Origin: Ascidiella aspersa
Taxonomy: Eukaryota
DNA: 64,000 bases
Assembly (NCBI GenBank): GCA_963924565.1
Contig: OZ004608.1
Coordinates: forward strand, 12,276,001-12,340,000
Direction: 5' to 3'
Under the pieces are notes generated by a model. It saw nothing but the letters and a program-made list of their open reading frames with translations, made no database searches and was not told where the DNA came from. Positions 28,301 to 38,781 of this stretch are shown piece after piece (within the stretch, counting starts at the first letter, position 1; each line of letters begins with the position of its first letter). Both the position numbers and the translations under genes were made by a program.

Positions 28301-31001
28301 CCCTACCGAGCAGCGTTCACCACCAGTCGGCCTTCGTCGACTTCGAGACCCTGGCGCACAACGTCATCCGTGACGAGCTCATGACGTCACGCGTTTCGCC
28401 GGTGGCCAGAAATTCGCCCGAGGACCTGTCGGCGTGTCGCAAGCTGTCCGGGGAATCACCGAAGCTGCCCGTCGTCCGGACCTCGTCCAATGAGAGGAGC
28501 CTGCTGACCCGGACGCCTACAGTCCGGGTTCAAAGCCCCGTGACGTTTCAACCGAACGTCACAAGCAACATGACGTCACAATTGCCAATTCCTACCCCCA
28601 TCGTGTCGCCGCTGCCTTTGAGCGCGGCGCAGTTCTCGCGCGCGTCGGTGATCGTCGGGGGGAGCAAAAACCCCCCTCATCCCGCGCCCGAATCGCGTTC
28701 CTCCTTGATGACGTCATTCCGCCCGTTGGGCTCAAATCGTTACGCAGCGGCGCCGCCGCCCTTCGTTCCGACCAAGTCCAAGTTCACCCCCGCAAATGCC
28801 GGGAATCCACCCGTGGTTCACGTCGACCTCACCCGACCGCTGCACGGTGTCGCACCTTCACCGGAGCCAAGAGCGATTGTGATTGGTCAAGAGAAGAACG
28901 ACCGACTTCGGTTGCAGGTGAATAAAAGTTTCTTTCACACATTTTTGGATAGCGAAGGGTTTATGTCTAGGTTAGTTTTTAAATCTCCTATCAAATGAGT
29001 CATCTGATGTTTCCAATAATAAACTATTCATTAAAAAACTTAACATGGACGAGATTTAATAACAATAGTCAGACATTTTTGAACCCTGATTTATGAATAC
29101 AATGTTTTAACTGATGTATGACGATGGTATTTGGTATTTACATAACCAACTCTAAAAAATAACCGTTTGTGCCATTTTAGAAACGCCCGCTAGACGATGC
29201 CCACACTCCTGCCACGCTCAGGGCGGTGTCGCCCGCGAGCCCGAAGCGCGCCAGGGCCGACCCGTCCCAACCGCTTCCCCAGCCCTTACCCAAGACCGCT
29301 TCACCCTCCGGCTACAGAAGGCACGACATCCGCAACCTCTTTCTCAACGAGTCGAAACCAGAGGAAAGCGACGCGGGTCGGGAACCAAAGCCTTTCTACG
29401 TGCCATCAAACTTTGCAGCCCGCACCCAGAACGCTATTAAGGTCGAGTCGATGCTCGGTTCGTCCCAGTACGGCCGTGTGCCGCCTGGTCCGCGCCAGCC
29501 GCGACCCAGCTTCGTGGATCCGAGACGCCTTGAGGAATCGCAGCGTCCTGTGATCGTCAAGCCCGACGTGCGTCCACGCCCCGTCCCAGGTCCAGTCGCG
29601 GTCGGCGGCGAGCCTAAGAGGCACCTGAACGGTACATCGGGTCTGCAGCTGAACCGCGACGGGCGCGCGAGGCCCGTTTCCCCGCCGAAGCAGCACGTCG
29701 AACTGTCGCGCGAAGCACCGCGAAAGGAGTCCTACTACCGGCCGTGCAGCATGCTGTCCTACCGCCAGCAGTGGCAGCAGAAGGACAATCAGCAGCCGCC
29801 GTCGCAGTCGAGCGCCAACAGCAAGGAGCTCCACAGGCCGCACATCAAGCCGAGTGAGAAGCACAGCCCTGTGATCACGAACGGCGCGAGTCGACCGACC
29901 GAGCTTGGCGAGAAAACCCCGAACTTGTATTCGTCGCGACCGAGGAGCCCGTACGAACAAAGGCCGAGCTACAAACGCGAACAAGAGCTGCAGCATCAGC
30001 AACAACAGCAGCGCAAGCCCTTCCAGAGCTCGTTCTCGGTGGATCGGCTTACTTCCGACACGCGGAAGAACCACCATCCCTATCCCGCCAACAAAGACAA
30101 CAAGCCGCACATTCTACACTCGGCGCAAGAAAGCGTGCACAAACCGCTGCCGCAACTGCCGCCGCACGGCTTTCTAAAGGCACCAGACCGGAAGATAAGC
30201 CAGCCCAGCGGCCCCGGGCACATGGAGTCGTACAAACTCGAGCGGCACCCGGAGCCACCGCGTCGCCCCGAGCCGCCTCGCCCGTCTGACTTTGCCGGCT
30301 TTCAGGCCAAGCCGGAACCACACAAGCGCCAACAGGCCACCGTGGCCCCTATGCCTTCCACTCACTCCTCCCCCGCCAAGGACTCATCGCCGCTTTCAGC
30401 CACCGCCAATGCGTTCCTGTCTAGTTTGCCACCGGCTGTGGCCAGCGCCATGTACCCGCTCATCCCTAAAGACTGCACGCCCAAGATGCTCGACCAGATC
30501 CTACAGGAAGCCATAAAGAGCATGGGCCTATCGCACATGCAGCAGCACTCGAGCCAGCTGCTCCATGCCGAGATGCAGGAGGCGCTGATTCGCCAGCAGC
30601 TGGACGCGGCGCCGTTCCGCATCATCACGCACCAGGAGCAGCAGGCCGCCGCCGCCTCGCAGCTGGCCCGCGTGGCCATGATCGGCAGCCAGGTGGCGCA
30701 CCCCGACCCAATGACCGCCCAGATGTACCAGGCCTACCAAAACCTGTTTCTGGCGCGGCACATGCAGGAGGCCGCAAGCGCCGGGCCAAGCGCCGCTGCC
30801 GCCGCCCAGAGCCTGAAACTCGGCCAGCTGGCCAACCGCGACGCCCTACTTGGCCTGACTCCCGGCCGCGGGGCTCCCCCTCACTTAAGCGTCGGCGTGA
30901 GCACGCATCTCTCACCGTCTGTCCGGAATCCGGCTGTTGCCTTTCCCTCTCAACCTCCGCACTACCCGGCCGACTTTGGTCTTCCTTACACGCGCCGGTG
31001 A
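13351..31001 (+). CDS. ARID5B: ARID5B-like (MRF2) BAH + ARID-domain transcription factor, 5'-partial, 10 coding exons in window (~1505 aa)
   Basis: Phase-consistent GT-AG exons: 13351-13461 (DEMLAVSEKIVMRIGDLASW), 13585-13705, 14160-14522 (YCRHK...FCRDTFDYPQLFEHDLICEEL), 17387-17523 (APVFKGRPRKK), 20990-21824 (...FLDKLYQFMRKRNTPIGRIPSLGFKK), 24580-24632 (LDLWAFFKLSQEYGGYDM), 25054-25151 (VTAKRLWKHVYDRMGGNPSCTSAATCTRKHFEK), 26185-26305 (LLLPFE), 28060-28917, 29181-31001 (TGA). Total 4518 nt, in frame. These peptides match the remembered ARID5B BAH region and ARID5 ARID domain. The exon(s) for the first ~90 aa were not found in the window. Confidence 0.92.
16557..16833. repeat. Minisatellite, ~42-bp unit, ~6.5 copies
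   Basis: Unit ttggatattaatttttgttgagcaaaggcagaaaaaatagtt. Confidence 0.95.
20990..21824 (+). CDS. ARID5B: ARID5B-like exon: S/P-rich linker and start of ARID domain
   Basis: Branch-like GCTAAT, acceptor tttcatttgcgcag|CAC, donor AAAT|gtaagt. Contains most of ORF-track 21095-21835. Confidence 0.9.
28060..28917 (+). CDS. ARID5B: ARID5B-like penultimate exon (low-complexity S/T/P-rich)
   Basis: Acceptor tcgttgcag|ATA, donor CAG|gtgaat. Phase 0 at both ends, matching the neighbouring exons. Confidence 0.85.
29181..31001 (+). CDS. ARID5B: ARID5B-like terminal coding exon (P/Q-rich)
   Basis: Acceptor ccattttag|AAA in frame with ORF 29226-31001. Strong GC3 codon bias. AATAAA at 31849 and 31912 downstream. 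Confidence 0.88.
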   Translation, partial: KRPLDDAHTPATLRAVSPASPKRARADPSQPLPQPLPKTASPSGYRRHDIRNLFLNESKPEESDAGREPKPFYVPSNFAARTQNAIKVESMLGSSQYGRVPPGPRQPRPSFVDPRRLEESQRPVIVKPDVRPRPVPGPVAVGGEPKRHLNGTSGLQLNRDGRARPVSPPKQHVELSREAPRKESYYRPCSMLSYRQQWQQKDNQQPPSQSSANSKELHRPHIKPSEKHSPVITNGASRPTELGEKTPNLYSSRPRSPYEQRPSYKREQELQHQQQQQRKPFQSSFSVDRLTSDTRKNHHPYPANKDNKPHILHSAQESVHKPLPQLPPHGFLKAPDRKISQPSGPGHMESYKLERHPEPPRRPEPPRPSDFAGFQAKPEPHKRQQATVAPMPSTHSSPAKDSSPLSATANAFLSSLPPAVASAMYPLIPKDCTPKMLDQILQEAIKSMGLSHMQQHSSQLLHAEMQEALIRQQLDAAPFRIITHQEQQAAAASQLARVAMIGSQVAHPDPMTAQMYQAYQNLFLARHMQEAASAGPSAAAAAQSLKLGQLANRDALLGLTPGRGAPPHLSVGVSTHLSPSVRNPAVAFPSQPPHYPADFGLPYTRR

Positions 31002-32859
31002 CCGCCCCCCGAACTCATTGTTTTAATATCGAAGACCCCTCCCTTGCATAGTTCACACTTTTTTTGTTTGTTTTTCAACGTTGATGCTTACTTTTTGTCG
31101 TTTCCAACCTGACGTATGCTGCTCCTTCCCTTACTCTCTACCTGTCTATCTTTTACTTCTCGCGCTATCCGTTTGCCATCCACTAGTGAACCAAAATGTA
31201 CTGATGTCATGTGTGGATGACGTCACATCACTGTGCTCCTACGTCATTCCCACCAAATTCCTTCGTGGAACGCTTCGATCGGACAAAATTGAAAAAGTGC
31301 TCACTATTGTTGTGCGAACATTCGCAACTGCTGTTTTATTATTTTGCAGAAGTCGCTTTCTTTAACAGGTGATCCTCGATCATTTTAAAGATATTTATTT
31401 AAACCAAAAAATACTAAATTATATTGTTTGGCAAGCGTCAATTGCGAGTAATATGTGATTGAAATACAGTGCCACCACAAATAACATATGGCTTGATTGA
31501 TTGAGCAAGGGTTTATTCTCTAAGAATTTTATACTTGTGATTTTCGCCTTTTTCGTCGAGTTCTCTCTTGCTCGTCCCTTTTTCTCGAACTCTCTCGGTT
31601 GCATGTTTTTCGAGCTTATTGTGTGGAACAAGAACCTCGGCGAACTGTGAAAACAGCTGTCGTGATTGGTTTATAATCATTGAGTTATCAGTCAGGTCAA
31701 AATCGGACTTTAGTTCTAGATCAGTTAATTTTGCACCAAACTGGGCCAGTAATGAAAATCGCCAGTTGAGGCGAAGAGGTCGTGCATATGTTAGGACAAT
31801 TAAAGAAAAGTCTTATTTGTTTATTTCCGCAACCCATTTATTTCAAAAAATAAACATAATTCGAATGGGTCGATAATAATAAGTTGTCTCTATTTTTAAA
31901 AAGGCATCCTTAATAAAAAAAACAACACAAAAACAGCACTGTGTTATTTAGGGCAATAAATTTATAAAACTAAAAAAACTCGTAGTCACTAGTCGGGCTT
32001 TAGTTTTTTTTACTTTGCCTATAGCTCATCAGCAATAGTGACATTGGTATTTAGTAAACAGTGAGTACAAGCTATGACACCCGACAGTGTTAGGGGTCAA
32101 GTATAGGATGACAACTGAGATTTTTTATTGAAAGCGGCAAAAATAGGGTCAATAATGTTATCTTTCAAACGAGGATGTGTTGTGCCTATATATAAAACAC
32201 ATCAATTATAAAGCTGAGGTTCACCTTTCTAGAAATGGGTTCAGGCTATCTTGGGTACCATTTGCCCACAATGAATTTCTCAAAAGCATTGCTCCAGGTT
32301 GTCAATTCGTTTAAACTAAAACTATTATATGGGTTGGTGTAAATGCCAATTGAGATTGGATTTGTAATGAAAGCGTACACGCGATTACGTTACTAAAATC
32401 GCAGCATCTTAATATACAGCAGACTGATCTACATGCTTATCTGCAAAATCGACATACTGAATTTTCCGTTATTTTTATTGCGAAAAATAACGGCAGGCTG
32501 AAAAACAAATGAAAACGGTTCGATTAAGATGGCGACATGGCATCATACCAATCCACCTAAACTCGATTCGCAATTACGCCATACTTGCAACTTAATCCAT
32601 TCAAGCCGGTATAAAACCGACATTATCATTTTTATATTACGGTTGTTTTACTTAGTTTTATGAGTTTGTTTTTACGATTCTTAAAAATTATGCTTCTTGT
32701 GATGTATCGTGTAAAAAAAAGTAGCCTATGCCTTTTCTCCCAATATATTATCCCGTAATCCAGTTGTGCTCAATCTTGAGTGGGTGTACCTCTGGTGTCT
32801 GTGAGAAATATTTAAGCGGTCTTGCAACATCTTTGAAATACCTTTGACAAGCAAATTAA

Positions 32860-33217
32860 CAGTTTTTCATGACTTTGCACTTGAGTCACTGTTATCAAAT
32901 GTCTTGACCTAAAACGTTTTGGTAAAATGACTTGACATAAGTCGTTTGGACAAATGACTTTACTTGGACTTCAGTCATTGAGTCAAATGACTTGGGTTGA
33001 AATTAGGTTTATTTATTTTAAAATTAGGCTATTCATTTCAGATTTTTCACGTAAAACGATTCGAAGCAAGATGTTTTTTTGGTAGTTCCCAGTTAAATTA
33101 TTGGTCAAATCGGACGAGTTTACCAATTTTAACGGTTTATCGTTTTATTATTATATCTGACTGGGGATTACTTGCCTGGGACTTAAGTCATTTCAAAATC
33201 ACTTGTTTATAGCACTA
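32860..33217. mobile_element. hAT-type MITE (GACTT-rich family), copy A
   Basis: Exact 8-bp TSD CAAATTAA at 32852-32859 and 33218-33225. Degenerate CAGTG/CACTG-like ends, multiple TGACTT/AAGTCA motifs, colinear with 36811-37171. Confidence 0.8.
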
Positions 33218-34446
33218 CAAATTAAATTAGCGTAGTGCATTCTTTGTCAATATTTGTATGCAAATAATTAATTTGACAGCTTATAGCAAGTGTGAGTCAT
33301 TGATTCAGTGTTGTACCGTGTTTTTAAAAAAGCAAAGGGGTTCGATAAAATGTTCTAATGTTTGCAAAATTTCGCAACTCTTCGTTTTTTTTTGTCAAAA
33401 CAATGCGATAAAGCAACAAAAAATCATCAGTAGACGCTTATGTATGCCGCATGGTAACGGGAGTGTTTTTTTTCTGGCAACATTTAGAGACAATATATTC
33501 TTTTATAGTTCTACAATTGTATAACAACGCAATGTCTCACACGGTATAGGTTGAACTATTGTACTCACACAACGAAAATTTCCAGCCTGTTCACGCAATC
33601 GTTTGCGGAATAACACGCGGACGATAAGCTCCTTTGACATTAAACAGTTTACAGTTTTACCGACTCCAAAAAACAAGGTTTTAAATATACTTGTTCATGA
33701 ACGATTTTACTCAAGTTTTCCGATCCATTTTGATTCGTTAAAGAGACAGCGAAGCTAACAAAATGGCTAAATATGACACTCGTTTCGTGCAGCGGGCATT
33801 GGGCAAAGAGAATGATATTTTTACGATTACAAGGCTTTTAATGCCTGTTTGGCGCAGCAACATGTTAAATCACAATTGCAAAGATAAACCTGTTTTTATT
33901 GTGGTTACACGTTTTTAATTTTATTACACTAAATTACTAGTGGACGCTATTTCCTAACCTTCGATTTAGCAGAAGCCAAAAGACTCGACTTATTCAATCG
34001 TAAACAATTGATAAAACAAAATAATAATACGGTCAATTAATTTATTACAGTTATATATTGCACGAAACAAAACAGTAAGAAATAGAAAGATTTCAAAGGC
34101 GTTACAAGTCGCCCACTTGTGTCAATTTATTTGCATTTTTACATTTATAAAATGATATGCATGATAATGACTGAATAAGATTGGATATATGTAAATGGAA
34201 AAAGCGGAGTAAAGCTGAAACACATTTAACAGGTGCTCGCGAATGAGACGACTAGAGGTGGTCAGATTATTCATGGGTGATAAAAAAAGCATAGCATAAC
34301 ACACTTCGAGGACCTCGTATAGTTTCACGCATCAGTTTTTTCCCGAAATCATCGATAAAACGATTAAAAAACGGTGCGCTCACGGAATTACTGTTTAATC
34401 GTAAGGTATTGGTGACCCTTGATTGGCGAAAGTACGATGTTAAACT

Positions 34447-37400
34447 TCAGGATGGAGCAACGGACGAGATTTGGTCCCTGATGGTGGCCAGCGAATGAAG
34501 CATCGTATCCAGACTCGCTTTACTCATCTCAATATTGGCCGGGCTTGCGCTGCCCACTGTCTGCGGCCGAAAAACACAATTTACAGGTCAGGTTTTTTTC
34601 CGGCGCGATTTTGAGCGCAAGTGCTTACTTTAATGTTGAAGACGCAGGTCGCCTGACGTGTCGTTCCCTGATTGGCTCGAACTTTCCACGTCATCTCGTC
34701 AAGCTTCGGAAAACTGACTGAAAAGCAAAAGTATGGCCAAAGGTAAAGGTGAATTCCAAGGGCCGGAGTCCGCAATTTTATCGTTTTATTGGGCCTTGTA
34801 TCTTTTTTTTGTTTTTCACTTCCTAAACAAAAAAAGTTAAAGTTCAGTACTAAACGTTTCCAGCATTGCAGGCCTAAAATCGGCAGAAAATTTTTATTGC
34901 TCAGGTCAGTGTTTCAAACAAGTCATTATAAATTGACTTTACTCCCAGTTATTAGTCGCTTAGCCAGTAAACTCGTTAGTTCGCATAGTTTAAATATTGA
35001 AGTAAATAAATCTAACTTTACTCAAAACGTTAAATAAAAACACCAAGTCAGAGTGTAATTTGCCAACTTAAGTCATTTATCTACAAGACTTCACGTATAG
35101 GTAAAGACATTTTGCCTTTAAGAAAAACATTGACTTAGTGCACGTAAATCAATCAATAGATTAAGTCGTTATCACACTACAGTGTAGGCTAAACATTTCT
35201 TCGAAAAAAGTCATGTGATAATTTAACGGAAGTACAATATATGTAAAGGCCAATGCGAACCTTTGCACAAAATAGCAGCTTTAATTTGAATATTGCCTGA
35301 GGTGCCATGTTTCTTTCTTCAGACAAGCGTAGCAAAATATTGTGGCAAACAACATGAATTTCAGCTAGTAACTATTATGTGGGTTCGCATTTGGACAACC
35401 TAACAGTACGAAGGGTCACTTTCAGGTTAGCAAATCAGGTTAGCTTAGCCGACAACTTCAAAGTTCCCTTATATTTGCACAATTTCGTATTTGTGTTGCA
35501 GCCAGGCATACAGTTGATGCGGCTCACTGTATCTTCGAAAGGCCAAAACAAAATCTGGGGCGCAGCAGACGCAGATTGCGATTGTAAGTTGTTGACGGGA
35601 CCGGTTTCGCCCGCGCAGATCGAAGGGGAAGATTGCTTGGCGATCTTCTGACGCGCGCGCGCACACCGCTGCCCTACTTCTGAGCCGCAGCTTACGCATC
35701 CCGCACTTTAGCGGGCTCAGCGCCGACACGAGCCTTACCAAGAAAAAGAGACGCGGGCTTTCATGAGCCAGAACAAACAACCGCCGCCGATCGATCGATC
35801 GCTTCCCAGAGAGGCTCGGCGAGCGGCAACAACACGTACCTGGGCCGATTGTCGGCTAAACAAGCAGTTCGCGCGAAACATCGTTTTTGCAGAGTCCGCA
35901 AAAAATCGCCGGTTCGTCGCAAGTTCACGCCTTGCCTGACGGGGTGGGATTGCGTCGTGTTTTCCAGCGAATTGCTTGATTTGATTTTTGCGGATTCGGG
36001 CAGTCTTCTTGATTTTAAGGGCTGGCAAACTGGTGAGCATTCGATTTTGAAAATAGGCACTAAGGTAAGGAATACCCTAAGAAATTGCAGTTTTATCTAA
36101 TGTTTATTTCTGTATATTTGAATGAAACTTTCGCATTAATTGGTAGTAAACGCGAAGTAATAAACGTTATTAGACAGTAAGGACTTCACACAATATTTTT
36201 TTCTCTTTCCTTTTTTTTAAATCTAAAAGAAGAAAATTATAAAACCTTAAAAACCTAAGCAGACCAACTTATACCGGAATAAACAAATACTTTTCAGCGG
36301 GAACAAGCGTTGTTCATAAACGGTAAAATCGTCGAAAAAGTCGATGCGATATGTAAGCTGCGGCGCGATCTTCGTGACGCCGTAAGCCTTTGTGACGCGA
36401 TAAACAAGTCGACCGCGAAATAAACGAGAAAGGCGTGAAGCTTCGCAGAAATCTGGAATCAGGCCATTTCGGCAAAACACGTCTTTTGTGTGCCCGAAAA
36501 CGGTTCGCGGAAGCCGTCGGACACGTCGGTTTAGAGGTGTCGCAAAGTTGAGGCGTAGACATCTTGTATTTTGCGCTCGTATTCGTGCAACGGGGATCAG
36601 ATTGTCATCTTTTAATCTTGTCGCTTTCAGGAAACATTTTGAGTTTCAATTTCCCGGAAAACGGCAAAGCGCATTTCTTCCACACAACGCTTTTTTCTGT
36701 TTTTATTTTATTTTTTTTAAAGACGACGGGCCATGCAATTGTTTGTTAGTTTGAAACCCATTTCTATTCAGTTCCGCCGTCAAATACAGGCATTTCGCGA
36801 TATCAAATAGCAGTGTTGGAATGACTGGAGTCAATGACTTGACTCAAGTGCATTTAAGTCAGTCTTTTCAAATGACTTGACTTAAGCTGAGGTATTTTGG
36901 ACAAACGATTTGAAATGGCAATAAGTCATAAAACATGGGTTGAAATTAAGTGTTTTATTAAATATTTTTTAATATAATTTTGTTTTTATTTTAATATGTG
37001 CACGTAAAACAAAAGTTGCTATATGTTGGATTTTTGAAATTATTTAGTTGAGTTATTGCTCATCAGACGAATTTACAAATTTAGTGGTTTTACGTTTTTT
37101 TTATATCAATGTCTTGACTTGGAATTGACTTGACTGGGGTCTGGAGACTTAATGACTTGTTTACAACACTGTCAAATAGTTAAATCGAAATGGCGATACA
37201 AAACATGAAATGTATCAGTTCAACAAATAAATAAAAAATGAAGCAAAACGAAACTAATGGCATCTACCTTGATTTTGCAATACGTCTCCCCTCCAACGAT
37301 CGAAGTTATCGCCGATAATTTTTGCGAGCAGGTCGCTTAAGTTTGGATGAAAGTCGGCCGGAAGAGCTTTTTTAATGGATGGCGTATCACTTGAACCTGT

Positions 37401-38126
37401 AACAAATTAAAACAAATTTCTCAGCTGTTCAAAATTCATCAACTGTCTCATTTCACTTGCCATTGTACAGCACATCGCTCAGAAGTTTAGTCAAATCTTT
37501 AACGAGTGAATCGGCCTCGGCTTCACTCAGATTCAGGTCGTCGCGAACCGATGTGACAATGCCAGACGCGCCTGAACCAGAAATCACTTGGGCGACCTTG
37601 CAACATATCTCGACCACAGTTTTCTTGTTTGAAGCCTGGGTAAACAAAAAAAAAATCGAATTGCAAGAATAGAAAGTTTATTTGAAGAATACAAAATGTC
37701 GAGGTTAAATGCTTAACAAATTGTCTTCCATTTGAAGAAATTTACGTTTAAGTTTTGCATTTCATAGAGAATAAACAACAATACACATATAATTGTATAA
37801 ATTAACATGACACTGTGTTAAATTTGGGTTCTGTGTTACATAAAGAGTTCAATGGTGAGTAACCAAAACGGAACTATGACATTTTAAGTTTATCAAATCA
37901 ATAGAAAATCCAACCAATGTCGCTCATTTTTAAAAGCGAAACAACTGCCATTTTGGACACAAAAATGTCTGTATTTAAAATATAAAAAAGTACGGTTAGC
38001 TATAAACCTTGGGAGAAAAATGAGCAATCTACTTTATTACAGAAATTGCACAATCGTTTTGTTTTACATAAATACCTTTAAGAGGTGTAGAAGACCAGCG
38101 TAGTCACCTTCCAACTCTGCGCCCAT
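34447..38126 (-). CDS. COMMD9: COMM domain-containing protein 9, 5 exons, 185 aa
   Basis: Exons 38126-38076 (MGAELEGDYAGLLHLLK), 37635-37461 (ASNKKTVVEICC...), 37396-37268 (LPADFHPNLSDLLAKII..WR..QNQ), 34717-34629 (SFPKLDEMTWKV...TCVFNIK), 34560-34447 (IEMSKASLDTMLHSLATIRDQISSVAPS*). Total 558 nt, in frame. Matches remembered COMMD9 motifs (FHQNLKNLLTKII; ELSKETLDTMLDGLGRIRDQLS). Intron 2 is GC-AG. Confidence 0.9.
36811..37171. mobile_element. hAT-type MITE (GACTT-rich family), copy B, in COMMD9 intron 3
   Basis: TIR CAGTGTTG...CAACACTG with exact 8-bp TSD TCAAATAG at 36803-36810 and 37172-37179. Confidence 0.88.
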
Positions 38127-38781
38127 GGCAAACCAACGTCAAAACCTATCACTATAAAATAAAACCTCCTGCAAATAATAAAAAAAAAACAATGTAGTGC
38201 AATTCGGAAAAAATTCTCTTTCTGAACAAGGTGCTGTCGTTTAGCGCTAAACAATCGAGAATTGATGGCAACCGTATAACGAAGTAATTTCAAAAAAATA
38301 AAAGATATTTTACCGGAGACATCAGCGGTACAATTTTCGTTTTACATACAGTCTAATAATATCGCAATAGTTTTACATAGCAGTTTAGTTGCACAACATC
38401 GCAAACAAAAGACTGGTAATAACAGTTATGTTGAGTATTAACAAATTCTTAAAAATTCAGGTAGTGTACACGTAAATCAGCTTTTACAAATTCATTTAAT
38501 ACACAAACGTCGAAATAAACTTTTGTCATTGAAAATTGCAAGAAAAAAAGATATTAAATTTAGGATTTATCTTAGAATAAAGCGGCTCAGGTCAGCATTG
38601 TTTACGTTAGAAGTGTGTAAAATGTTCAAAATGTCATGAGTGTCCGAGATGGTTGGGGTGGCGCCTAGGCCCTAGGCGTGTGATAATTCCAATTAACAAC
38701 CAGGCGCTCGTTTCTTTTGAGTGCGAACGAAAAAGTACATCAGCAAAAGTTTCGCTCCGAAACATCCGCCTCGCTTTTTGC

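Noticed and set aside
29406-30915. Multiple overlapping antisense and alternate-frame ORFs (up to 234 aa)
   Set aside because: Shadow ORFs of the GC3-rich ARID5B terminal exon.
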